Of a stretch of 64,000 nucleotides of DNA, positions 1 to 9,758 are shown one piece after another. The notes below the pieces were generated by a model. The model did no database searches. It was not told where the DNA came from and saw nothing but the letters and a program-made list of their open reading frames with translations. The stretch is from assembly GCA_965217895.1 (NCBI GenBank), contig CBDCJV010000002.1:928001-992000 (forward strand), in the 5' to 3' direction. Position numbers and translations under genes: made by a program. The stretch is from Waterburya sp. (lineage in GTDB: Bacteria > Cyanobacteriota > Cyanobacteriia > Cyanobacteriales > Xenococcaceae). Each line of letters starts with the position of its first letter. Position 1 is the first letter of the stretch.

Positions 1-654
1 TTTGTCAGCTTGGGTTTTTTGACTCCTGAAACGGATATTCAGCCGATTGTCCCAGCATTAGAAAAAGTTTTGGGGAATGCCATTGGTGAAAGCGTCGGTG
101 ATTTTAACTTTAAGACGATTACCGACGAGTTTTCTGAACTAATGTACGAGTATCCTTTCCGCCTACCTGCTAAATTTGCCCTAATTATTCGCTCTCTAAT
201 TACTCAAGAAGGATTAGCACTTAGCCTCAACCCCAACTTTAAAATTGTCGAGGTATCTTATCCCTATGTGTCTCAAAGGCTATTGACAGGAGAATCGCCT
301 CAGCTAAGACGACGTTTACTAGACGTTTTAATTCAAGACGGCAAATTCCAGTGGACAAGATTAGAAAATATGATTGCAATCGCCAGTGCCGATGATAACT
401 TCGATCTATTACCTACAGCCCGTTTAGGCTTACAGTATCTTCTTTCAGAAGAAGGTCAATATTTGCGCCAGCAGTTGCTTATTGCGCTAACTGAAGGCGA
501 TCGCCTTCATACTGATGAAGTAAAAAGACTCTGGAGTTTAATTGAAGACGATATTAAACCGCAAAAGATATTTGACCTAGCTTTTAATACTTTTCGTCAA
601 ATTTCTGCTGATAGCGTCGCTGCCATTATTCCTTCTGCTACCACTTCAAGATAA
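1..654 (+). CDS. ABC1/AarF/UbiB-family kinase, C-terminal part (5' end outside window)
   Basis: YEYPFRLPAKFALIIRSLITQEGLALSL motif typical of cyanobacterial ABC1 kinases; frame open from the window edge. Confidence 0.85.
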   Translation, partial: FVSLGFLTPETDIQPIVPALEKVLGNAIGESVGDFNFKTITDEFSELMYEYPFRLPAKFALIIRSLITQEGLALSLNPNFKIVEVSYPYVSQRLLTGESPQLRRRLLDVLIQDGKFQWTRLENMIAIASADDNFDLLPTARLGLQYLLSEEGQYLRQQLLIALTEGDRLHTDEVKRLWSLIEDDIKPQKIFDLAFNTFRQISADSVAAIIPSATTSR

Positions 655-696
655 AGTAATAAAGCATTTAGTTTGAGTTTTAAAGTTAATAATTTT

Positions 697-1059
697 ATGT
701 ATTATTTCCCCCAGCCACCTTTTCTTGCAGCCCTGATTGGCTTATTTATTGCTTTTACTTTTGGTTTAGTGTTTGAAAATCTAATCGAACAAAAATTACA
801 GGAATCATATCGAAATTCTGAGGCAGAAAATTCTTTTAAATTGGATAATCCTGTCATAGTTGCTAGTTATTTTGGAACTTGTTTTGGAGCTTGGCTATTT
901 CTGGGAGGAGGCTTTTTGATCTTTAGTTTTGGAGTTATCCCCGCCTATGGTGTTGCTTTATTGCTCACCATTATTACTGGAGCGTTGATTTGGCAACAAT
1001 TAGGTGAAGTTTTGTTACAGATAAAAGCAGGTGGTTCTGAGTCTTTAAGCTTAGATTAA
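697..1059 (+). CDS. Conserved cyanobacterial membrane protein (hypothetical)
   Basis: MYYFPQPPF start, three hydrophobic segments, directly follows the ABC1 kinase. Confidence 0.7.
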   Translation: MYYFPQPPFLAALIGLFIAFTFGLVFENLIEQKLQESYRNSEAENSFKLDNPVIVASYFGTCFGAWLFLGGGFLIFSFGVIPAYGVALLLTIITGALIWQQLGEVLLQIKAGGSESLSLD

Positions 1060-1200
1060 CATCACAATTATAGCGATCGCCGTAGACAAAAACCCGAAGC
1101 AAAAAATAAAATTGTTAACCAGTGTACCTGGAGTGTGAGAAGTTGTAGCGGTGACTCTGATTTCATCATAATCTTTGAGATAAATCAAGCATTAATAAAT

Positions 1201-1593
1201 GTGGAACGTAAAAATATCAGCACAGACTCACCTTGGGAAAAGATAGTCGGCTATTCAAGAGCGGTCAAAATCGGCAATCATGTTTATATCTCTGGGACTA
1301 CCGCAATCAATGACCAGGGCAAAATAGTCGGTTTAGGCGATCCTTATACCCAAACCAAACAAACGATCGAGAATATTGAGTCTGCTTTATTAATGGCTGG
1401 AGGTACTTTAGAAAACGTAGTACGGACAAGAATTTATACAATTAATATCGATCACTGGAAAAGTATTGGTCAAGCACATTGCGAATATTTTGCCAAGATT
1501 CGTCCTGCTACCAGCATGGTTGAGGTACGCCGTCTGATTGCACCAGAAATACTAATTGAAATAGAAGCTGATGCAGTTATTGATGATGACTAA
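1201..1593 (+). CDS. RidA/YjgF/UK114 family protein
   Basis: WEKIVGYSRAVKIG, ISGTTA, IRPATSMVEV and IEIEADA motifs; GTG start at 1201 more likely than 1135. Confidence 0.9.
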   Translation: MERKNISTDSPWEKIVGYSRAVKIGNHVYISGTTAINDQGKIVGLGDPYTQTKQTIENIESALLMAGGTLENVVRTRIYTINIDHWKSIGQAHCEYFAKIRPATSMVEVRRLIAPEILIEIEADAVIDDD

Positions 1594-1649
1594 TCATTTC
1601 CTCTCTCGCGGTGGGGATTCCCGACTTGAGCAACTGCCGATCTCTTCTT

Positions 1650-3512
1650 ATGACTAATCCCAGTAAGCAATCTCAAATACTTTTACCGCCTAAGCCAACG
1701 CCTTTTTCAATTACAGAGTATTTGACGAGGCTACTTAACCGTTTGCAACCTTCCCCCGAAACTTTGGTTTTAATGGTGGCTTTAATCATCGGCGGCAGTT
1801 CGGGACTGGCGATGATTTTGTTTCATTATCTGATTGACCTGTTTCAAGCTTTAAGTTTTGAAAAACTATTGGGCAAAATCTCAGTTTGGGGTGGTTGGAC
1901 TTTAATTTTAATTCCTACTCTGGGAGGATTAATTGTCGGCATAATTAAATGGTTGTTTCCCCAGGTGCTAGGTCAAGATTTTTATACCTTAATTAGCAGT
2001 ACTAGAGAACAACAAATCTCTCCTTGGCGACCCGCGATTAAAATGTTAGCAGCCTCAGTTTCTTTGGGAACGGGAGCTTCTTTAGGACCAGAAAGCCCTA
2101 GCGTCGAGATTGGTTCTAATATCGGTATTTTATTAGGTCAACTGTTTCAAGTATCAAAGGATCGCTATCGTTTATTGTTAGGTGCGGGGGCAGCAGCGGG
2201 TTTGGCAGCAGGCTTGAATGCCCCCATTGCTGGCGTTTTTTTCGCCCTAGAGGTGGTGCTGGGAACTGCATTCACTACTCCAGCAGCCAGTCTAATACTA
2301 TTGTCGGCATTTTTGAGTGCAGCGATCGCTCGTGCCTTTTTAGGCGTACATCCCGCTTTTGAACTCCCAGGCTACGAGGTTCTCAGCTATTGGGAATGGC
2401 TCTTCTATCTGGGGTTGGGTATACTTGCCAGTCTGATATCTTTTGTCTACACTCAGGGAATTAAATTAGCTCAAGCTTGCTTTCGCGGAGAAATTACTGG
2501 ATTTCGTTGGTTAGGAGGGTTGCCTATCTGGATTAAACCTGTTCTGGGAGGAGCGATTTTAGGTATTGTTGCCCTACAGTTGCCCCAAATCTTAGGGGTA
2601 GATTTTGCCACTATCGAACAAATTTTGGCAGGAGGACAATTTACCGTTGCTCTTTTGTGTTGGCTGTTGGCGGTTAAGCTAATTGTTACTGCTATTAGTT
2701 TGGGTAGCGGTTTTGTTGGCGGCGTATTTGCTCCTGCGATGTTTTTAGGTGCTTGTTTGGGGGCTGCTTACGGTAATTTTTTAGCACTGGTTATTGGCTC
2801 AAACGTAGCCATTGCCCCACCTCCTGCCTACGCAATCGTGGGTATGGCAGCAGTCTTGGCTGGTAGTGTTAAAGCTCCCCTAACGGCGATCGCTCTTTTA
2901 TTTGAGCTATCCCAAAACTATTTAATTATCTTACCTTCGATGGCTGCCGTTGGTGTCTGTATTTGGATCATCGGACTAATTCAATCAAAACAAGATACCC
3001 AGGGTTTAAATCTCCAGCAAATGGGAATGAATTTAGCCAGACAGGATGATAGTGAGGTATTACAACAAATTACCGTAGCCGAGATGATGTCTACTTCCTA
3101 TCTAGCATTACCAGATTCCCTCTCGACGCTTGAAGCTGGTTGTGAAATGTTAGCCTACAAGTACCATACGGCTTTGGTATTGGATGAAGCTCAACAATTA
3201 GTAGGAGTTGTTACCACTGCCGATATTAAAAGAAATATTGAGTCACAAGAGCGATCGCCAAAACCATTAGAAATTACACAAAAGTTAGGTGACATTTGCA
3301 CTAAAGAAATACTCTATGTCCATCCTGATGAGCTTTTAATTACAGCCTGGGAAAGAATGAGAGTCAGAGGTCTTTATCTGCTGCCTGTAGTAGATGCAAA
3401 CAACCCGCGCCAAATTTTAGGGATAATTAGCAAAGAGCAAATTAATCTGGCTGAAGATCTAATTACTACCCAGGCAGCACTTGAGCCGTACTTATCACCA
3501 GATAATCCTTAA
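1650..3512 (+). CDS. ClC-family chloride channel/antiporter with C-terminal CBS pair
   Basis: GASLGPESP, NAPIAGVFFALE, GGVFAP and KAPLTA motifs; CBS-like C-terminus. Confidence 0.92.
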   Translation: MTNPSKQSQILLPPKPTPFSITEYLTRLLNRLQPSPETLVLMVALIIGGSSGLAMILFHYLIDLFQALSFEKLLGKISVWGGWTLILIPTLGGLIVGIIKWLFPQVLGQDFYTLISSTREQQISPWRPAIKMLAASVSLGTGASLGPESPSVEIGSNIGILLGQLFQVSKDRYRLLLGAGAAAGLAAGLNAPIAGVFFALEVVLGTAFTTPAASLILLSAFLSAAIARAFLGVHPAFELPGYEVLSYWEWLFYLGLGILASLISFVYTQGIKLAQACFRGEITGFRWLGGLPIWIKPVLGGAILGIVALQLPQILGVDFATIEQILAGGQFTVALLCWLLAVKLIVTAISLGSGFVGGVFAPAMFLGACLGAAYGNFLALVIGSNVAIAPPPAYAIVGMAAVLAGSVKAPLTAIALLFELSQNYLIILPSMAAVGVCIWIIGLIQSKQDTQGLNLQQMGMNLARQDDSEVLQQITVAEMMSTSYLALPDSLSTLEAGCEMLAYKYHTALVLDEAQQLVGVVTTADIKRNIESQERSPKPLEITQKLGDICTKEILYVHPDELLITAWERMRVRGLYLLPVVDANNPRQILGIISKEQINLAEDLITTQAALEPYLSPDNP

Positions 3513-3704
3513 TGTTATTTAATCTTTTAACTTTTGCCGATGGCGATCGCTTTTTCATACAGCCAAATTAGGCTTACATAACATAATTGTATGTTTAATT
3601 TGATTTCTATGCACTTTAAACATTAAACTGATTTAAACGCGAAATGTGACTGAGGTTGACTCAAATGTTATCGGTCGCGTTATTAAAATTTTATTGATAA
3701 GATT

Positions 3705-4964
3705 ATGCGCCGAAAAGATTTATTAAACGAGCAGATTTATGGAAAAACCAGAGTTGACGAATGGCTTTGGATAAGAGCTAAAACATTAGGAATATCTCGT
3801 CGTCGGTTAATTCAGATAATGACAGCAGGAGCAGGAGTAGCAGCGGTTAATTTGCTGCCCAAACATCAAAAAGTACAGGCTGCTGAGGAAGAAATAGATC
3901 CCAATGCTATTGTCAAAGATCAACGCCCTGATTGGTTCATCCAAGCAGGCACCAATTTAGAAACACGTTGGGAAAATATGTACCATCGTGGTTATGTAGT
4001 TCCTAACGAACTATTCTTCGTGCGTAATAACAATCCTACCCCTCGTATAGACCCTGCCAACTGGAAGCTCAATGTATCTGGTTCTGGTATATCTAAACCA
4101 ATCTCTTTTAGCTACGATGAGCTTACTTCGATGCCTTCGATTTCGGTCATTAAAGCTATTGAGTGCGCGGGTAATGGCAGATCTTTCTATCAGCAAGCCT
4201 ATGGTAAAGAAGCTGAGGGTACACAGTGGAAATTGGGCGGAATTGGCGTAGCCGAATGGACTGGTGTTCCTCTCAAAGAAGTTTTGGATCGAGCAGGACT
4301 TAAAGATTCGGCAATAGATGTTATGCCTGTAAGTTTAGATGAAGAAAAAGTGCAGCGACCAATTCCTGTAGAGAAGGCATTACAAGAAGATACGCTGCTG
4401 GTTTATGCAATGAACGGCAGCATACTACCAGCAGATCACGGATTTCCAATTAGGCTATTAGTTCCTGGCTGGGCGGGAATTTCCAGTATTAAGTGGGTAG
4501 GAGAAATTCAAGTTTCCACTGAACCAATTTACACTGTCTGGAACACAGAAAAATATATCCTCATCGGCTCAGAATATCCACCAGATGCTGGTTCACCAGC
4601 AGAAGGAAAAATAGTGACTGCTCAGAAAGTTAAGAGTGCATTTGAATTAGCTTGGGATGGTAAATTAGCAGCTAAACCTCATTTATTGCGAGGACGTTCT
4701 TGGTCGGCGAACGGAAAAATAAGCAAAGTAGAAGTTAGCCTAAATGATGGTAAGACTTGGGAACAAGCAAGATTACGTACCCCCAATCTCGATCAAGCTT
4801 GGGTACGTTGGGATTTAGACTGGACTCCTACCCCTGGAAGTTATAAACTTCAAGCTAGAGCAACAGATGACCAAGGAAATACGCAGCCAGCTAATGTTCC
4901 TTTTAATGAAAAAGGCTATTTATATTGGGGCGTGGTTACTCATCCGGTAACTGTTACCTCTTAA
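3705..4964 (+). CDS. Sulfite oxidase-family molybdopterin oxidoreductase, Tat-exported
   Basis: SRRRLI twin-arginine signal, FFVRNN, ECAGNGR (Mo-ligating Cys), DHGFPIRLLVPGW, C-terminal dimerisation domain. Confidence 0.9.
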   Translation: MRRKDLLNEQIYGKTRVDEWLWIRAKTLGISRRRLIQIMTAGAGVAAVNLLPKHQKVQAAEEEIDPNAIVKDQRPDWFIQAGTNLETRWENMYHRGYVVPNELFFVRNNNPTPRIDPANWKLNVSGSGISKPISFSYDELTSMPSISVIKAIECAGNGRSFYQQAYGKEAEGTQWKLGGIGVAEWTGVPLKEVLDRAGLKDSAIDVMPVSLDEEKVQRPIPVEKALQEDTLLVYAMNGSILPADHGFPIRLLVPGWAGISSIKWVGEIQVSTEPIYTVWNTEKYILIGSEYPPDAGSPAEGKIVTAQKVKSAFELAWDGKLAAKPHLLRGRSWSANGKISKVEVSLNDGKTWEQARLRTPNLDQAWVRWDLDWTPTPGSYKLQARATDDQGNTQPANVPFNEKGYLYWGVVTHPVTVTS

Positions 4965-5024
4965 ATAACCCTTAGTGTGAATTGGCTTCGTTTAGATTCA
5001 TTGGTTTTGAGCTTCTTAGCTATC

Positions 5025-5083
5025 AGCGCGAACTGGAGTTCGCCGACTGCACTTTGTGCAGGCGAGGCTTTCCAAAGCCTGCT
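5025..5083. repeat. Small GC-rich three-hairpin element inside degenerate heptamer repeats
   Basis: GCGAAC-TGGA-GTTCGC, CTGCAC-TTT-GTGCAG and AGGCTT-TCCA-AAGCCT hairpins enclosed by AGC...GCT. Confidence 0.55.
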
Positions 5084-5226
5084 CTTAGTTACTACGAACT
5101 ATAAACTTAGACTTAAACAGCTACGCAAGCATCAAAATTAACCAAGAATGACGTTTAATTGAGGCATTTTACAGTTTTTTTATGCATATCAGACGTAAAT
5201 AAGTAATAGCTAAAAGCTAATAGCTG

Positions 5227-5279
5227 CCAAAAACGATATTGCCCTGAAGAGCAGGGATTTAAATCCCCTGCGTTTTTGG
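5227..5279. terminator. Inverted repeat, probable bidirectional terminator between convergent genes
   Basis: GCAGGGATTTAAATCCCCTGC near-palindrome followed by GTTTTT, with outer CCAAAAACG/CGTTTTTGG arms. Confidence 0.55.
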
Positions 5280-5290
5280 TAATAAGTAAC

Positions 5291-6601
5291 TTATTCATAC
5301 AGTTGCACAAACCCAGCTTGTTCAATTATCTGTTGACCTTGACCTGTCAACAGTAAATTGGCATAGGCAATTCCTGCCTGTTCTTCAATTGTGCCGTCTT
5401 CGCGAACGACAACAAACAGACGGCGTGTGAGGGGATAAGAGTTGCTGCGAAAAGCTTTTAAATTAACTTGTCCATCTTTAGTAAAAGGTAGGACGTAATT
5501 GGTAGAGTCAGAGGGGGCTAAACCTAAGCCTCTTATGCTTTGCTGTCCTCTGACAATTGCTGCCGAACTATAGGAAATACCACCTGGGCTATTGCCAACT
5601 TCACGCATAGCCGTAGTATAGTCGCGAACAATTTTTACCTGTTTGCCAAGTTTTTCGCCGTTTTTGAGCAGTGAATTAATAGTAATATGAACTTTGGGAT
5701 CTTGACTAATTGCAACTATAGGTAAGTCTGGTCCGCCTACTTGTTGCCAGTTAGTGATTTTGCCTAGAAAAATATCTCTAAGCTGATTAATAGATAGTCC
5801 CTCAATTGGTAATTGCGGATTAACAAAAAAGACAATTCCATCGATCGCAACCGGGATTTGTTTTAAAGTAAGATTACGCTCTTTGGCTTTGGCATACTCA
5901 GAATCTTGTAAAGGACGACCATTTTGGGCAAAACTAAGTTGGCTATCTAATAGCATTTGGATTCCTGTGCTACAGCCTGGTTTAGAATCTAAGGGTTCGG
6001 TATAACGTAATTGATATTCGGGATGGGCTTTGGCGATCGCTTCATTCATGCCATATTTTGTCAAGGCAGCAAAACAAGTCGCACCACCATAATTAAAAAG
6101 TCCTTTTGGTACGTTAGGTACTTCTTGCATTGTCCGATAAAACTGGATTTCCGAATCTGATTGGATTTGCGAGTTTGGTTTGACTCTTTCATCGAGCTTT
6201 GAAGAGGGACTTTGTAAGTTTGACCCAGATGTATTAGATCGATCCCAACGCCAAAGTAAATAGCCTCCGCCTAATATAGCTGCCATTAATAGATTAGCTA
6301 AAATGATCAGGCAAAAAAGTTGAAAAGTTGAACGTCTTGGAAAGTCAGGATAATCAAATGAGAGGTTCTTGCTTGCTTCTTGTTGCTTTAGGGATAGCTC
6401 TTGGCGATTTGCCAATGAATTTGATTTCTTTGGTAGGACAAGTTGGTCGGCTAAAGTGGATTGAACTACTTGGTTGGATAAGGGAATGTTTTCTTTAAAT
6501 CTTTCACGTTCTAAAGTCGTTCCACAAAGTTCGCATTCTTGAGCTGAAGGCGAATTTTCGCTGTAGCTACAACAAGGGCATATTATTTTGTTAGTATCCA
6601 T
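5291..6601 (-). CDS. Zinc-ribbon + transmembrane + PstS-like (PBP-like) substrate-binding domain protein
   Basis: N-terminal CPCC...CELC, one TM segment, VPNVPKGLFNYGG, VAIDGIVFFVN, YPLTRRLFVV. Confidence 0.85.
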   Translation of the reverse strand: MDTNKIICPCCSYSENSPSAQECELCGTTLERERFKENIPLSNQVVQSTLADQLVLPKKSNSLANRQELSLKQQEASKNLSFDYPDFPRRSTFQLFCLIILANLLMAAILGGGYLLWRWDRSNTSGSNLQSPSSKLDERVKPNSQIQSDSEIQFYRTMQEVPNVPKGLFNYGGATCFAALTKYGMNEAIAKAHPEYQLRYTEPLDSKPGCSTGIQMLLDSQLSFAQNGRPLQDSEYAKAKERNLTLKQIPVAIDGIVFFVNPQLPIEGLSINQLRDIFLGKITNWQQVGGPDLPIVAISQDPKVHITINSLLKNGEKLGKQVKIVRDYTTAMREVGNSPGGISYSSAAIVRGQQSIRGLGLAPSDSTNYVLPFTKDGQVNLKAFRSNSYPLTRRLFVVVREDGTIEEQAGIAYANLLLTGQGQQIIEQAGFVQLYE

Positions 6602-6606
6602 CTTTT

Positions 6607-8049
6607 TTATGTTTCATCATTGACTTTATAATTGCTAGATTCGGCATATTCTAGAAAAGAAATGGCTAAAGCTTCTTTGCGTAAATCTGAATAAATTTGC
6701 TTAACAATGGGTCTTAACTTCTCGATTAAACGATTATTTATTTTTGAATTAGAAACGGATTCAGAAACTCCCCATTGATTTAATAACTGCCCTGTTGATT
6801 TTTCCAGGTCCCATTGCAGTTCCTCTAAAGAAACCTTTTCTTGTAGTTGCTCAAAAAATAAAGTAAAAATAACTGCATTTGGCATATTTTTCTGTTCTAA
6901 TTGTTTTTTTGACTCTAATAGAAAATCATTAGTTTTACCTAAAATATCAATATGAGTCTTTAGCTGTTCAATTATTGTTACGATCATTTGAGCCAGTAGG
7001 TTATTTAGTTCCACATTTATTTTGCATTGATAAATAAACAGAACTGCTTTTTTGCATAGCTCCTGTTTATTCAACAAACTATCTGGCGATAACAATAGAT
7101 AATCAAAAGATTGCTGAGCAGCATTTTCTTTAACCTTGCTACTTTCGTACTCCTGCTTCAAGAGTTGCTGCCAGTTTAATAAATATTTCTCCACTGACTG
7201 TAAATATTTTAATAAAGGTATAGGTGCTGCCTGATGCCACAACGTAAAAATTATCTTTTGCAGTTTTTCTAAGGTGTTTTTTTGTAATAATTGAAAATTG
7301 TTACGTAATATAGTTGAGTACTCATTATTATCTTTGCCGTCAAGCCAATCGAAAATTTGTGGTTTGTTTTCAATTAGCTGACGATTAAAATCGGCAGAAT
7401 CTTCCCTAGCAAATAATTCATTCACTTTTAACTCGATTTCCTCTGTCAGCGTTAGGTCTGTGTCCTTTTGCTGACATAAATAGTTCTTCATCCATAACAA
7501 TCCTGATTGATTGAGACGTAAACTTTCAACCATCTGTTTTACCGTCGGAATTTCTAAAACAGAGTGTTCGCACCACCAATCGATCACCTTTTTTGCTAGC
7601 CACAAATTAATTTGTTTTATTTTTAATCGTTGCGAATCGACAGATGAAAGCTGGACTCGATCTAAAATTCCTTTGCCAATATAAACACTATCTCTATTGA
7701 CCGCGTAAATTGCACCGACCAAATCTTCTATTGAACTATTTTTTAGTAAATAACCCCTTGCTCCCGCTAGGATGGCTTTATTTAACATTTGACCATCTGA
7801 ACTCGTAAAAATAATTACCTTAGTTTTGGGATGGTTTTGAGCAATGAGATAGGTAGTTTCAATTCCACCCTGTAACGGCATTGTTAAGTCAATAATCGCT
7901 ACATCTGGTTGTAACTGCTCGACAAGTTCGATCCCTCGCTGCCCGTTTTCTGCCGTACCAACAACTTTCAATTTTTCTTCTAGCTCGATTAGTTGTTCTA
8001 AGCTTTGAAGCACTAACTTTTGATCGTCTATAATTAGAATGCGAATCAT
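6607..8049 (-). CDS. Response regulator: NarL-type receiver fused to a ~340 aa alpha-helical region
   Basis: IRILIIDDQ, PDVAIIDLTMP and GYLLKN receiver motifs; no HTH after the receiver. Confidence 0.85.
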   Translation of the reverse strand: MIRILIIDDQKLVLQSLEQLIELEEKLKVVGTAENGQRGIELVEQLQPDVAIIDLTMPLQGGIETTYLIAQNHPKTKVIIFTSSDGQMLNKAILAGARGYLLKNSSIEDLVGAIYAVNRDSVYIGKGILDRVQLSSVDSQRLKIKQINLWLAKKVIDWWCEHSVLEIPTVKQMVESLRLNQSGLLWMKNYLCQQKDTDLTLTEEIELKVNELFAREDSADFNRQLIENKPQIFDWLDGKDNNEYSTILRNNFQLLQKNTLEKLQKIIFTLWHQAAPIPLLKYLQSVEKYLLNWQQLLKQEYESSKVKENAAQQSFDYLLLSPDSLLNKQELCKKAVLFIYQCKINVELNNLLAQMIVTIIEQLKTHIDILGKTNDFLLESKKQLEQKNMPNAVIFTLFFEQLQEKVSLEELQWDLEKSTGQLLNQWGVSESVSNSKINNRLIEKLRPIVKQIYSDLRKEALAISFLEYAESSNYKVNDET

Positions 8050-8256
8050 TGGGTTTTGAAGCTATCGAATAGATGAAGAAAATATTTTAAGTGTAGGAGG
8101 CTTCAAAGGAAGATTGTCGATTGAAAGCGATGATTGCCTTTAGCAATATTTATTTAGCGATCGCCTACCTGGGCATGAGCAAACCTGTAATATGTAATAT
8201 TTTGCTAATTATTTTATTCTATTTACTTCAGCAAATTTCAAAATAGAATTTAATCT

Positions 8257-8430
8257 TAAGAAATTGGCAATCAAAGAAAGTAAAAAGCGGTGCGACCCTG
8301 CGTCGCCGTCAGGCGCAAACAAAGGCTTTAGCCTCATGTACGCGCACCAAGAAAGTAAAAAGTAAAAAGTAACTGACCTCTAACCTGAAGCGAGCAAACA
8401 TCATCGTTGAATTTAATGAGGCAATTTCTA
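8257..8430. mobile_element. Degenerate MITE-like repeat related to the element at 11997-12202
   Basis: Shares AAAGTAA repeats, TGACCTC and CTGAAGCGAGC-AACATCA-CGTT-AATTTAAT with 12060-12187; weak terminal IR (AAGAAATTGGC / GGCAATTTCTA); boundaries uncertain. Confidence 0.5.
8289..8348 (+). repeat. ~60 bp structured dispersed repeat (family D), copy 1
   Basis: GGTGCG...CGCACC closing stem with two internal hairpins; near-identical to 20459-20517. Confidence 0.8.
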
Positions 8431-8580
8431 TCTTTAGATATATTGCCATTTTGAATAATTGTAAATTAAGTTTAAGTTGATTAATAACTTCTTAACTTTA
8501 ATTAAACTGGTTTTCTGCGGTTTACTAGCAGTATTTTAAACACTTCTAATTTGCATTACAAATTTTTAGGAGGATTGAAG

Positions 8581-9672
8581 ATGAGAATTGCTCAGATTGC
8601 ACCCTTATGGGAAAGAGTACCTCCACCTGCCTATGGTGGCACGGAATTGATAGTCAGCTTACTTACGAATGAATTGGTACGGCGAGGACATGAAGTAACC
8701 TTGTTTGCTACAGGAGACTCTCAAACTTCAGCCAAATTAGAACCAGGTTGCGATCGCGCCCTGCGCGCCTTGGGAGTAAAGGGGAAAGAAGCAGAAACCT
8801 ATCACACGCTACAACTGAATCAAGTTTTTGAACGAGCTTCAGAATTTGACTTAATTCACTCTCACGTTAATCCAGAGGCATTTGTTTATGCTAACTTGGT
8901 CAAAACGCCAACATTACATACAGTTCATGGTACTATCCCCGCCGACCTAGAACCATTGTGGCGCAATGCACGCCACCAAAACTTTATTAGCATCTCCGAT
9001 TCCCAAAGACGTAACGATTTGGGCTTAAATTATGTCGCTACAGTTTACAATGGTATTGACACAAGCATTTTTCCCTTCTATCCTCAGCCAGATAGTTCCC
9101 CCTATTTAGCTTTTCTGGGTCGGATGGCTTCAGAAAAAGGACCTCACCTGGCAATTGAAATAGCCAAAAAATCTGGCTGGCATTTAAAGATGGCTGGTAA
9201 AGTAGACCCTGTTGACCGAGAATTTTTTGAAGAGCAGATTAAGCCTCAGATTGACGGCAAACAAATCGAATTTCTGGGTGAATTTAAGCACAAGCAAAAA
9301 TGTGAATTAATGGGGAATGCAGTCGCAACTTTATTCCCCATTACTTGGTCTGAACCTTTTGGTTTGGTAATGGCAGAATCAATGGTGATGGGTACGCCCG
9401 TAATTGCGATGGCTATGGGTTCAACAAAAGAAGTTATCGAGGCTGGCAAAACTGGCTTTTTGTGCCACAACGTAGATGAGTGTGTAGCAGCCCTCGATCG
9501 CCTTGGAGAAATTGACCGTCGTGCCTGTCGCGATCGCGTTGTGGCTAATTTTAGTGTTGCTCGTATGGTAGATGGCTATGAAGCAGCTTATCAACAGCTT
9601 GCAGCCAAGAGGTTCGCCAGCAATGGGCCTTCTCGCAATCTGGTTATAGATATAAATCGCCTGTCTGCGTAA
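8581..9672 (+). CDS. Glycosyltransferase family 4 protein
   Basis: MRIAQIAPLWERVPPPAYGGTE, FLGRMASEKG and EPFGLVMAESM motifs; AGGAGG RBS before ATG 8581. Confidence 0.93.
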   Translation: MRIAQIAPLWERVPPPAYGGTELIVSLLTNELVRRGHEVTLFATGDSQTSAKLEPGCDRALRALGVKGKEAETYHTLQLNQVFERASEFDLIHSHVNPEAFVYANLVKTPTLHTVHGTIPADLEPLWRNARHQNFISISDSQRRNDLGLNYVATVYNGIDTSIFPFYPQPDSSPYLAFLGRMASEKGPHLAIEIAKKSGWHLKMAGKVDPVDREFFEEQIKPQIDGKQIEFLGEFKHKQKCELMGNAVATLFPITWSEPFGLVMAESMVMGTPVIAMAMGSTKEVIEAGKTGFLCHNVDECVAALDRLGEIDRRACRDRVVANFSVARMVDGYEAAYQQLAAKRFASNGPSRNLVIDINRLSA

Positions 9673-9758
9673 ACTGTTACATCTTAATCCATATTAAAAT
9701 CGGGCGATCGCGCTTGCTGCTTGAATAGAATAATTATTTAGTAACTATTAAATCAACT

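Noticed and set aside
3600..3704. Moco riboswitch upstream of the molybdoenzyme
   Set aside because: Only one hairpin is visible and I cannot match the multi-stem Moco consensus; needs an Rfam scan
5291..6601. Calling this pstS of a phosphate transporter
   Set aside because: Zinc-ribbon/TM N-terminus and no pstCAB; substrate cannot be assigned from sequence
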